Part shown: positions 25,746 through 36,200 of the stretch, in pieces
How the letters are laid out: the number at the start of each line of letters is the position of its first letter
Numbering within the stretch: position 1 is the first letter of the stretch
Assembly: GCA_002269645.1 (NCBI GenBank)
Contig: NIVC01000861.1
Coordinates: 1-64,000 of the forward strand
Direction: 5' to 3'
DNA: 64,000 nucleotides
Source of the DNA: Macrostomum lignano
Taxonomy: Eukaryota
Made by a program: the position numbers and the translations under genes
The notes under the pieces: generated by a model
Database searches by the model: none
Seen by the model: the letters and a program-made list of their open reading frames with translations, nothing else
Told to the model about the DNA's origin: nothing

Positions 25746-26224
25746 GGGCAAACAAATTTGGACGAGTTAAGAAGTAGCAAGGTCGTTATACTCGCGGCTA
25801 GCTAGTCAGATCAGAATTCTCTAAAATCGATCATGATCATGAAAATGATCATATATGGTGTTATCTTATTTGTATAGAAATTGACTCGATTTGACTTTTT
25901 GAAGTTAACACTTTCCTATCCATTTCTGTATAATTTTCTCGCAGTCTCTATCAAAACGTTCCAGAACCCCATTATATAGTTTTTTGTTACCTTTCCTACT
26001 TTTATAAAACTATCAAACCAGGCTTTGAATTCTACAGATTTGATCAATCATCTCTTAAACAATTTACCCGACTCTGATAATTCAAATACAATTGATCTAT
26101 AGTTACCCAGTGAAAAATGATTCATGGATTCCACGTGGGTTCCACGTGGCCATGTGGAATTTAAATGTTTCTTTAATTTTTGCAAATTAATGACTTAAAG
26201 ATCCTTTAAGTCATCAAAAATCCT

Positions 26225-26509
26225 TTAAGAAAGCCTCCTTCGCTCAGATTCTCTGCGTCTCTGCTCCTCTTCCTGCATTCTCTGCTGTTCTTCTTGCCTC
26301 CTCTGTGGCTCTTCAAAGCAATTCGGACATAAATAGTTGCCGCTCTCGTTGACTGGTCGATAGTACAGTCCATTCTGAAATACGTGGCACCGCCCCCAGA
26401 ATGGAAAGTTTTCCTGTCTCAGGTCACTCCAGTCGCTGTTTGGAGGCAGTGGAACTCCGCAGGGACGGCAGTTGACGCCATAGCGTTCGGCCATCTGACT
26501 ATTGCCCAT
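26225..26509 (-). CDS. Small 94-aa protein with two CxxC motifs and a charged helical tail
   Basis: True ATG; CRPC...CPNC; E/Q/R-rich C-terminus; GC-richer than its AT-rich flanks. Confidence 0.45.
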   Translation of the reverse strand: MGNSQMAERYGVNCRPCGVPLPPNSDWSDLRQENFPFWGRCHVFQNGLYYRPVNESGNYLCPNCFEEPQRRQEEQQRMQEEEQRRRESERRRLS

Positions 26510-27289
26510 TGCCTAATTAAAAATATCGAAGTAGTAAGTTGAAATTGACAATTAGGCTCGATAACGATAATAATGCAATTATTTTAATTAACAAATACGA
26601 GAGTACAGAGTTTTATCCAATGTTTAAAAGGCCTCCAAATTGAGCTCAAAATGTTTAAAACAGTATCTCTAAAATGGAAACCCAGTTTGCATTTAGGCTT
26701 TCTAATGCAATAATGAGTAAATATTCTAAGACCTTTTTTCGTTGTTCGTAATGCATTTGACATTATTTAATGCTATCGAAAGTAGTATGCATGGAGCATT
26801 AGCTGCTCCTGCACATAAACCCATGAATTGTTTGTCTTACTAGAAAAGACTGGCTGGGAATTGTAAGAATGCAGTCAATGCAGACTGCAGTCAAGCGAAG
26901 AATTTGGCCCAGAGAAAAATGAAAAGAAAGTAAGAATACGCTCGTAGTTGATAAAAATCTCTCAGTGTGTGCATTTCGATGCAGAGCAAATTTTTTGTGG
27001 TTGAGTATTCTATAAAACAATCTATTGTGCAATATAGCGTGAGCTGCAGGCGCGGGTCTGAGCTGAGAGATAGACAAAATGCGAAGCAAAAGTCCAGGTT
27101 TTTTTGTTTAGCTATACTGTAACTTAAAATTGAAGTTCCATTAATTAGGTAGAATAAGATGAGGTAAGATAAGATAGGATGAAATCAATTTTTAGGAATT
27201 TAGATACTTAAAAATTCATTATTAAAATAGATTTGAATTATAGTATTTTCTGCGATATTCATAATTGATTATACACCTGCCCTAATGAG

Positions 27290-27868
27290 CAGGGCACCTG
27301 CAGCTCAGCCGCAGCTATCGTGCGGCGCATCTGAAGGCTGCGTACGGTTGTTAGTACGAGCTAATAGGATATTTGGCCGGCCGGGGTTGTGGGAGGTGCC
27401 AGGCTTGCGGCAAGGGTGAGCCAGAAGTCAGAAGCTCACCCTTGCTGCTCGACGGCTGATGGGGCTTTTAACTGTTTTTGATGAAAATATACACGCTCAC
27501 TTTAACTCTGGATATTCGAAACAAGATTAAATTGCAAATCGCTTTCATTGTTTTTCATCTTAAAAACTTTTCTGCGCAGAACTGTCGTAATAAGGAACAA
27601 TCATTTGAAAATACATTAGAAGCCCCATTTAAAAGTTGAGGGGGTTGTACAAATATCCTACTACGGCTGTTCAGTCCAAGGACTGGGGGTCGCCACACAG
27701 CCTCAATTACCCCAGCTAATGCTGGAACCCATTTTACAGCTGGGTGAACTGAAGCAATGCAGAGTTAAGTGTCTTGTTCAAGGACACAAATTGTTCTTGT
27801 GGGATCCGGAATCGAACCCTCGACCTTTCAGTTGTGAGTCCGACGCTCTAACCACTAGGCTGCAACCC
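27290..27868 (-). mobile_element. Same SINE family, interrupted by an insert of about 315 bp
   Basis: Head and core at 27662-27868, tail at 27290-27347; TACGG duplicated around the insert. Confidence 0.82.
27348..27661. mobile_element. MITE-like insert nested in the SINE
   Basis: TAGGATATTTG (27365) and CAAATATCCTA (27650) inverted pair; internal GCAAGGGTGAGC/GCTCACCCTTGC hairpin. Confidence 0.55.
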
Positions 27869-30499
27869 TTAGTTCAGTTCGTGCGATAAACTGCAATAAT
27901 ACAAGCGTATCTTGCGATTGCATTCAACACAAGAAGCATATTGTTGTTGTTGCTGTTGTTAATTAACCCGTATTAACAAAGACAGTTGCTTTTTAATAAC
28001 CAGCTTCTTAAAATTAAAATTATCGGAAAGTAATTTTTCCCTTTAGGACTCACCGCTGTTGGCAACAAACGCAAACGCGTGAGTCACAATTGCACGCACA
28101 CGGATCCTATAGCAACAGAAATACAATCCCGAAATCCAATAATGCTTAAGTTGGACAAGATCCTCCTAAAATAGGCTAATTTGTTTTTAATACTGCCTAT
28201 ACGTAGTCTATTCACAACGATCTGACGAAATATATCGTTCCAACAAGGCGACTGCAATTATAGTTGTCGCTTTTCATACCGTTTTAATTTGCACTCGCAA
28301 ATTGAAGTTCCCTTTCTCAATTGTATACCCTGGGAAAATCCACGGACTTGCCGCAGAAATTTAGAGTATATTTTTTGCATCAAAGCGAGCGCCTGAAGTG
28401 TACTTAAGCAATGGACAGACTGAGCCATACAGTACAGTTTTATTCGAATAGCTTTCTGGGCTTGTGTTCAAAAGACACATTGACAAAGTACGTGAACGCA
28501 AAAACTGAAAACAAGTTTGCCTATTTTATTATTTCTTTTGCTAGATAGGGTATAGTAGAAAATCTCTTTCCAAATATTTTCGCTTAATTGTCACAGACAG
28601 CCTGAAAGGCTAGAAGGGGCCGTCGTCAGTCGAAAAATGGAAGTTGCTCTTCCGAGTCTATTGCACTGGAAATGTTTATAAAAATTTAATATTTAATCTC
28701 TTTAAGTCCCTCTGCAGAGAATGGGACTTTAAGATGAGGATCTTATGTATCCGAATACTTGTACAAGCCTCCCCGGGTGGAAGCAGGATCGCAATTACGA
28801 GCTATCTGGTTTTTAATGTGCCAGCGGCCGTAACTATACAGAAGACTACGCTCGTATCATTGTTTCAGTCACTCAGTGTGAACAGCCGGAATGACTTAAA
28901 GGACCCATGATTGGAAAAAAGATTGGAAACTCCAGTGACAGATTTACTTTTAGGTTGTCAAGGTGCAAAAAGTGGCCATGCCAAGTGTCGAAGCTCTATT
29001 CGGGCTCAAGCGGCTCAAAGTATCTGATAGCTGTCCCTGCTCAAAATGGCGCGCCGTCTCCTCCGTTGCTTGAGAAGAAAAAAGAGCCCAATTCTGCTCT
29101 CACCACCGGTCAAACACTCAGATTATGTTGACATCGCCTTTACTAACTGAAATTGAGTTATGAGCAACAGGCTCATAGGATTGGGACTTAGGTTAGGGAA
29201 TCCCAACATTGTATTTGTATCAGAGGAACGACTAAACATGGGCGAGCCGCGATCGATTTGGACATCGAAGTGTCGGCGAGATGGGTCAAGATAACGGCGT
29301 CCGAGCAAGATCGTCAGATCAATGACTAAGCTGCAAGATCAGGCCAAAGTGGTCAGTTTAGCGCTAGTGTTTTGCCACGCCTGAAGGTAGACACTGAGAA
29401 AAAAATGAGTTTACTGGAAATAAAATAAGAAGAGCTCAAAAACCTGGTGTGACTTTAATATCCCAAGAGCCTATAAGAAGGGAGAATTAACTAAACTTAG
29501 AACTTACATTCAGAACTACTAAAACGCTAGACATCTACGAGTATATTACAACACAGACTTTAGTCTTTAAGGAGCCCAGTTTTTTAAAGCGCATTTAAGC
29601 AACGCAACTAACGAGCATTCGATAAAGTTACTTGTCAAAAAGTTTAGTGGGTTAAGAAAAGAATTCAAAGCAGATTCAAGAGGAAGAAACTAAACAATTA
29701 CTACATGTGATGGATACTGTATTAAGAAGAACCAAAACTGAGATTTAAAACATTCAAATTTTTAAACATTTTGCCTGTATATTTAGAAGAAAAAAACCCT
29801 CATTTCAGCATAAAGGTGAAAGCTAAAAATCAGCCACTGGCTGAAAAAAGTTCAGTCGACCACAGGAAATTCACCGAAATGACTTCATACATAGTTAACC
29901 TACTAACCTACAGAGCTAGCCACGGGTTAACCCGCCTAAAGACTGCAGTTTAAGATGAAGTACTCAGCAATTCCACTGTCTAAGAGGCAAGGGGCAGAAG
30001 GGCGCACATTGATTATCTATTGTGCTTCTGCCATTGTACAAAGCCTGGCTGTGCTTCTGTGATAGCCTACAAAACTGCACTTTATCAGACAAGAATTTGC
30101 TCACAGCTAAATGCACAGCACGGTATTATTTGCGCTACTGGAGAGAAGTGGGCTTGTATGTCAAAGTGCAAAACTTCTGGGGAACTTCGGGCAGGCAAGA
30201 GCCTAGTCCGACTGAAAAAAATTACGTGAATACTTTCAGCTTTTGTAACTACGAGGGCTGTCCCAAAAGTAGTTTTACGTAGTTGCAGATATAAGCGTTC
30301 AATTAATGTATGATTCCACAGAACAAGATCCACTACTGACGTGGTCAGGACGCCGCGAAGCCCCTATATATAGCAACCCCCAAGCTAAAAACAGGACAGG
30401 CCTTGGGACTGTGCCCACGCCTCGACAGCAACAGAAGAGCTCGCGAGAGTGGCATTTGCGATCTGCACCCCGGCAGGAGCCCTTAGTCTTACTCGTAGC

Positions 30500-31000
30500 C
30501 TTGTACTAAGCGAGTAGCCTAGGTGGCTTTGTTGAAGTGCAGGCAGAATATAACGTGGTGTTCCTTCCTCTAAGCCACAAATAGGGCAAATGTGGGAGCA
30601 ACCAATTTGTAAGTGAAATATATCTCCGGAAGAAGCTGTGGCCAGTAATGTCTATGCACATCTTCCTGATGTCAATTTTACTTAAAGAGACTACATGTAG
30701 GTATTCGGATACTTTCCGGTTTATAGCAGGCATCGCAGCTCGCGTTTGCCGATACGAGATTCAGAACAGCTGTTTCAGTGCAGCTGGTGTTGGTGACTCA
30801 GGCATTTGTGAATAACACACGGTTGACGGATGACTTTGGGGCAGCCAGCTTAACCCGAGGGTTCTGCCTCGTTTGGCGAGTTGATCCACCAGCTCGTAGC
30901 CAAGGATGCCGCTGTGACCATGGTGTCCAGATCACGGTAACCCTATTTAGGATGGTCTTGCCAGCTTGTGAAACAATTTGAAACTGATTTAGTTGATAGC
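30500..31000 (-). pseudogene. Degenerate RNase H-bearing LINE remnant
   Basis: IWTP/GHSGILGYELVDQLAKRG (RNase H W.PGH.GI.GNE.AD motif), then ITGHSFF and CPICGLEE; several frameshifts. Confidence 0.7.
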
Positions 31001-31689
31001 TATCAACTATAGAACAAGGTCACTCACGATTGACTTTAGGTGAATTTCCTCATCCAACCAGAGTGAGGTCAAAGGCCTAATAGGTAAAATCAGCAAGTTA
31101 AAAGTTTTTTCCAGCCTCGGCAAAGCAAACGTCCCAAGAATCTATTTCTCAGAAGCGCCGAGCAAAGGAGCCGCCAAGGACCCTAAGCATGTCTGAGAAT
31201 TCTTCCGGCCAGCGAGTCAATTGGTTTATCCTAAAATACGTGTAACAATTGGCCTTCAATCACATTTGCACGATTAAGTAGTTCATAGTGACTGCTCAGG
31301 TGAGCAGGTCTGTTGCTGGTGTTACTGGCTATTTAAAAAAAGAAATATATCGAAAAATCATGTACTATTATGCTTTTTTGTCTCATAACATATTATATTA
31401 TACAATATTATAAACAAAATTAGCAATACAATCAGCAAAGGTACATAAGTACAAACTAAGATGAAATCTACTCACTCGGTGCAATTGCAGAATTTCATGC
31501 AAAAAATCGCATCAAGGTTTTACTTCACATTATTGAACTCAAATATTTGTGACTCAAATCCCATATCTAGTAGAGCAGCAATGAGAAGGCGGTGAAGAGG
31601 ATAGCGAAGGAGGCAGAAAAGACGCGGATGTGTAGCGGAGACAAGAAAAGAGGGCCCACTGTGATGTTCTTTGTGTCCAAGTGTGACAT

Positions 31690-32095
31690 TCAAGAGTTAA
31701 ATACTGGAGAGTGACATATTCGAGAGTGACATATTCAAGAGTGAAATATTCGAGAGTGACATATTCGAGAGTGACATATTCGAGAGTGACATATTCAAGA
31801 GTGAAATATTCGAGAGTGACATATTCGAGAGTGACATATTCGAGAGTGACATATTCGAGAGTGAAATATTCGAGAGTGACATATTCAAGAGTGAAATATT
31901 CGAGAGTGACATATTCGAGAGTGACATATTCGAGAGTGACATATTCAAGAGTGAAATATTCGAGAGTGACATATTCGAGAGTGACATATTCGAGAGTGAC
32001 ATATTCAAGAGTGAAATATTCGAGAGTGACATATTCGAGAGTGACATATTCGAGAGTGACATATTCGAGAGTGACATATTCGAGAGTGACATACA
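31690..32095. repeat. 15-bp minisatellite GAGTGACATATTCGA
   Basis: About 27 copies. Confidence 0.95.
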
Positions 32096-32534
32096 TACCT
32101 GTCATATAATAACATAATAGTGTTATATAGCAAGTGCAACCTTGCAGCTAATTATTAATACACTGTATTGCAACTTTTACTTTTCCTGCTCCAGGATAAT
32201 TAATGCTTAATATAAAAATGAAACATCCGTTTAAAAATAAAAAACAAAAAAGTTAATGTCTCAAACACATCTGAATTTTTCACCTGCTGGAAATCTTTTT
32301 TAGTAATATTTGCTTTTTTGTGTTACTTGAATTTAATTGCATGCGTATTAATATAATATATCATTCGAGGTAAAGTGGTGCTTAATAAATAAAAAACTCG
32401 AAGATTTACTACTTAATAAGATAGTAACATAACTGAATGTGTCCATAATATAATGCGCTGGTGGCCAATTTAAACTAAGCGGTTTTCACACACAAGGGAC
32501 ACGTAAGTGTGCTTGAGCTGCAGGGGTGCCAGAG

Positions 32535-32880
32535 TGGAGTAGGGGTGCTGGAGAGGGACAGGGGGCGGGGGTGCTAGAGAGGGACAGGGGCGGGGTGCTA
32601 GAGAGGGACAGGGGGCGGGGGTGCTAGAGAGGGACAGGGGGCGGGGTGCTAGAGAGGGACAGGGGGGCGGGGGTGCTAGAGAGGGACAGGGGGCGGGGGT
32701 GTTAGAGAGGGACAGGGGGCGGGGGTGCTAGAGAGGGACAGGGGGGCGGGGGTGCTAGAGAGGGACAGGGGGCGGGGGTGCTAGAGAGGGACAGGGGCGG
32801 GGGTGTTAGAGAGGGACAGGGGGCGGGTGCTAGAGAGGGACAGGGGGCGGGGGGTGCTAGAGAGGGACAGGGGGGGCAGA
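32535..32880. repeat. G-rich minisatellite of about 27 bp just 3' of PHLPP
   Basis: GGGACAGGGGGCGGGGGTGCTAGAGA units. Confidence 0.92.
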
Positions 32881-33038
32881 GACGACACGTGCTAGGATAG
32901 GATGGGATGTCTACTGGATGTCGACTGGATAGGATGGGATGTCTACTGGACTCCAAAATGAACGTGTTTCTACATGTACGAGTACATAAGCATGCAGTCA
33001 GTAAGTAATAAAAAATATAGCAACAACAGGCTGGAGTC

Positions 33039-33220
33039 CTATAGCCAGGTGTTTTCATCTCTCTGAGCCGATTTGGGCACTGGCAGTTGCATGCTTAGAC
33101 GGAAATCGCATCCGGGTGCTACCGGTTCCGTTCCGGTGTCGACCAGGTTCCGGTGTGGGTGCAGGCGGAGGTTCGCATCTGATGGTGGGGCTGCTGCTGT
33201 AGCAAGAGCTGATGAAGCTG
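33039..33220 (-). CDS. PHLPP: PHLPP terminal exon ending ...RDENTWL*
   Basis: Phase-1 acceptor tttctcag; ends in a class I PDZ-binding T-x-L like vertebrate PHLPP1/2. Confidence 0.75.
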
Positions 33221-36200
33221 CTGAGAAACGGACAGAAAATTGAACTATTTGTAGAAACAGTATCTCTAATCAGCAGCATTTTATTTCCCTCCCATTGGTT
33301 ATTAACATTTTCTATATTTGTCCCAATTCCAGTTCTCTACTTTAACCGCCTTCTCTTTAAGCCATTCCAGGGCAATTTCGCATTTCAAGGAATAACAATT
33401 TTGCTTTTGAAGCACATGCACGCGCCCTTGGTGCTGGCGCCCCTGGTGCTGGCGCCCCTGGTGCTGGCGCCCCTGGTGCTGGCGCCCCTGGTGCTGGCGC
33501 CCCTGGTGCTGGCGCCCCTGGTGCTGGCGCCCCTGGTGCTGGCGCCCCTGGTGCTGGCGCCCCTGGTGCTGGCGCCCCTGGTGCTGGCGCCCCTGGTGCT
33601 GGCGCCCCTGGTGCTGGCGCCCCTGGTGCTGGCGCCCCTGGTGCTGGCGCCCCTGGTGCTGGCGCCCCTGGTGCTGGCGCCCCTGGTGCTGGCGCCCCTG
33701 GTGCTGGCGCCCCTGGTGCTGGCGCCCCTGGTGCTGGCGCCCCTGGTGCTGGCGCCCCTGGTGCTGGCGCCCCTGGTGCTGGCGCCCCTGGTGCTGGCGC
33801 AACTGCTGCTGGCGCCCCTGGTGCTGGCGCCCCTGGTGCTGGCGCCCCTGGTGCTGGCGCCCCTGGTGCTGGCGCCCCTGGTGCTGGCGCCCCTGGTGCT
33901 GGCGCCCCTGGTGCTGGCGCCCCTGGTGCTGGCGCCCCTGGTGCTGGCGCCCCTGGTGCTGGCGCCCCTGGTGCTGGCGCCCCTGGTGCTGGCGCCCCTG
34001 GTGCTGGCGCCCCTGGTGCTGGCGCAACTGCTGCTGGCGCCCCTGGTGCTGGCGCCCCTGGTGCTGGCGCCCCTGGTGCTGGCGCAACTGCTGCTGGCGC
34101 CCCTGGTGCTGGCGCCCCTGGTGCTGGCGCCCCTGGTGCTGGCGCCCCTGGTGCTGGCGCCCCCTGGTGCTGGCGCCCCCTGGTGCTGGCACCCTAAAAG
34201 ATGCGCCATCCCCATCAAAATATTTCACAATAGCTACAGAGCTACGCCCCTTAGTGAGAAATGAGACGCGGTCTTTCAAATTACCGCGACTATTAAGCGA
34301 CTCCTTCAATTCAAAATCGACAGCATCGCCCGAAGCCGACTGGCTGCCGGGAATCGACGACCGCCGGCTGTCCAGAGTGGCCGGGTAGCCAACCGACGAG
34401 CCGGCGTCCCAGCGCCAGTCCAGCTCCCAGTCGCTGCTGTCGTCTCCTCTGTCTCCACCACCGTCGTAGCGACGCTGCCGATGCTTTGTTTTCCACTCGC
34501 TGCCGATGTCAATGCCGACATCCGAGGCGGTCAGCGAGGCGTGGACATGCCGCAGCAGCAGGCCGGACATGCCGGCGCCGATGCCGCTTCTCTTCGACAT
34601 CGACGGCCGCCGGCGCCGCTGCCAAGTCCACGTCGTCGATCGATCGTCGGGGACAGTGGATCCGCCGTCGCCGCTGAGCGCTTCGGCCAAGTCGGCGTCG
34701 AGCTCCTGGTGCTTCACTTCGCTGGCTAAGCGGTCGCGCATGCCGCAGGCGAGCCGGTCTCTGCGGTTTTCAGACTGGTCCGAGTCGAAGCTGAACACCG
34801 AGGATGAGGCGGCGAAGTCCTCGTCGGCGAAACTTGGTGCCCTGGCCAGCAGTTCGGGACGGATCTTCACGATTAGGACGCAGATGTTGCCGCTGGAGCC
34901 GTGCGACTGTGGTTGAGTGGAAGAAGGCAGTTAATGTATGATGAAGGATTCTGGTCACAGATTGAGCAAATGTCAAAGTAATCTCCTGGATAGCTGGATC
35001 AGAAGGACGCTGCAGTCGGTTTTCTTAAAAATGAGATGGAGGTCGGTGGGGTAATGTGCTCTTCTGGAGGAGGCCGATTTTTTCTCGACCGAATTTTAGT
35101 CTATGGCAAAACCTGCTGATCCCTGAGCACGCGCCCGGATGAGTTGCGCATGCAGGCACACGCTCACACAGGGTGAACACAAGGACCACTCAGGTAGATC
35201 GGGGACTCCGTTTCTTGGACAACTTTAGGAAACAGATTTTCCGAAATAATACATTGGGGTTGTAGCCTGGTGGTTACAGCGTCGGACTCACGACTTGAAG
35301 GTCAGGGGTTCGATTCCCGATCTCACTGGAACAATTTGTGTCCTTGAGCAAGACGCTTAACTCTGTATTGCTTCAGTTCACCCAGATGTAAAATGGGTGC
35401 CAGCATTGGGGTAATTGAGGCTGTGTGTGGCGACCCCCCAGGGACTGGACTAAACAGCCTTCAGATGCACCGCGCAATACATGTAGCTGCGGCTGAGCTG
35501 TCGGTTGCACATCTGGCCCAATTGGGGCATATTGATATTCATACTGCTTTTGGTTTATAAAAGATTAACGTAGAATCATAATTTTCTAATGGAAAAGCTT
35601 TATGAATATCAATAGAGCTATAAGAAAGGCAAGTAATACCAAAAGACAAACGTTGGGTCTCCCTCCTATCAAAAGCAATAACAATTTTTGTGCTGAAATT
35701 TTTGTCCTTAGGGTGTACAACGACCTGCAGTGTGCACTCTCCGTGGCATTGGGGTTAACACCTTGGAGCTAGCGTGTGCGCTCTAGGCTAGAGTTTAAAT
35801 GCACCTGCGCCAAGTCCACCAGTCGTTTTGCCGCAGCCACTGGATGTGCGACCTTCAGCACTTCGGCTGCCACCACCTCGTGTCCGACATGCGACCACAG
35901 GCCGCGGTTCGCTAGGACGAGGGCGTCGTCCCACTCTGTGAGGTTGAGCTGAGTCACCTGCGGATCCGGCACCACTACCGGATGAAAGGAGGACCAGCCC
36001 AGCATCCTGGTGCACCTGTATGAGGAAGTATTGTGTGCATAATGTACATGTTTGTGACCAATTAGTGACTTCACAAACTTCTGTAGTTTACTCGTTGGTG
36101 AAACTAATAGTTGGTGAACTCACTATAGTTAGTGAACTCTATTTAGTTGGTGAACTCACTATAGTTGGTGAACTCACTATAGTTGGTGAACTCACTATAG

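Noticed and set aside
30250-30270. TACGAGGGCTGTCCCAAAAGT, mariner-like TIR start
   Set aside because: No partner TIR or transposase found in the window.
31690-32095. Regular short-repeat arrays as possible CRISPR arrays (here and elsewhere)
   Set aside because: Units are head-to-tail with no unique spacers, there are no cas genes, and the context is eukaryotic.
33212-34264. 350-aa PLVLA ORF and the overlapping GASTR/GRQHQ ORFs
   Set aside because: Intronic 15-bp repeat open in several frames. Only 34285-34906 of the 522-aa ORF is supported as exon.
35256-35330. tRNA-like sequence as a genuine tRNA gene
   Set aside because: Has A and B boxes but no closing acceptor stem, and runs into a SINE body shared with two other copies.
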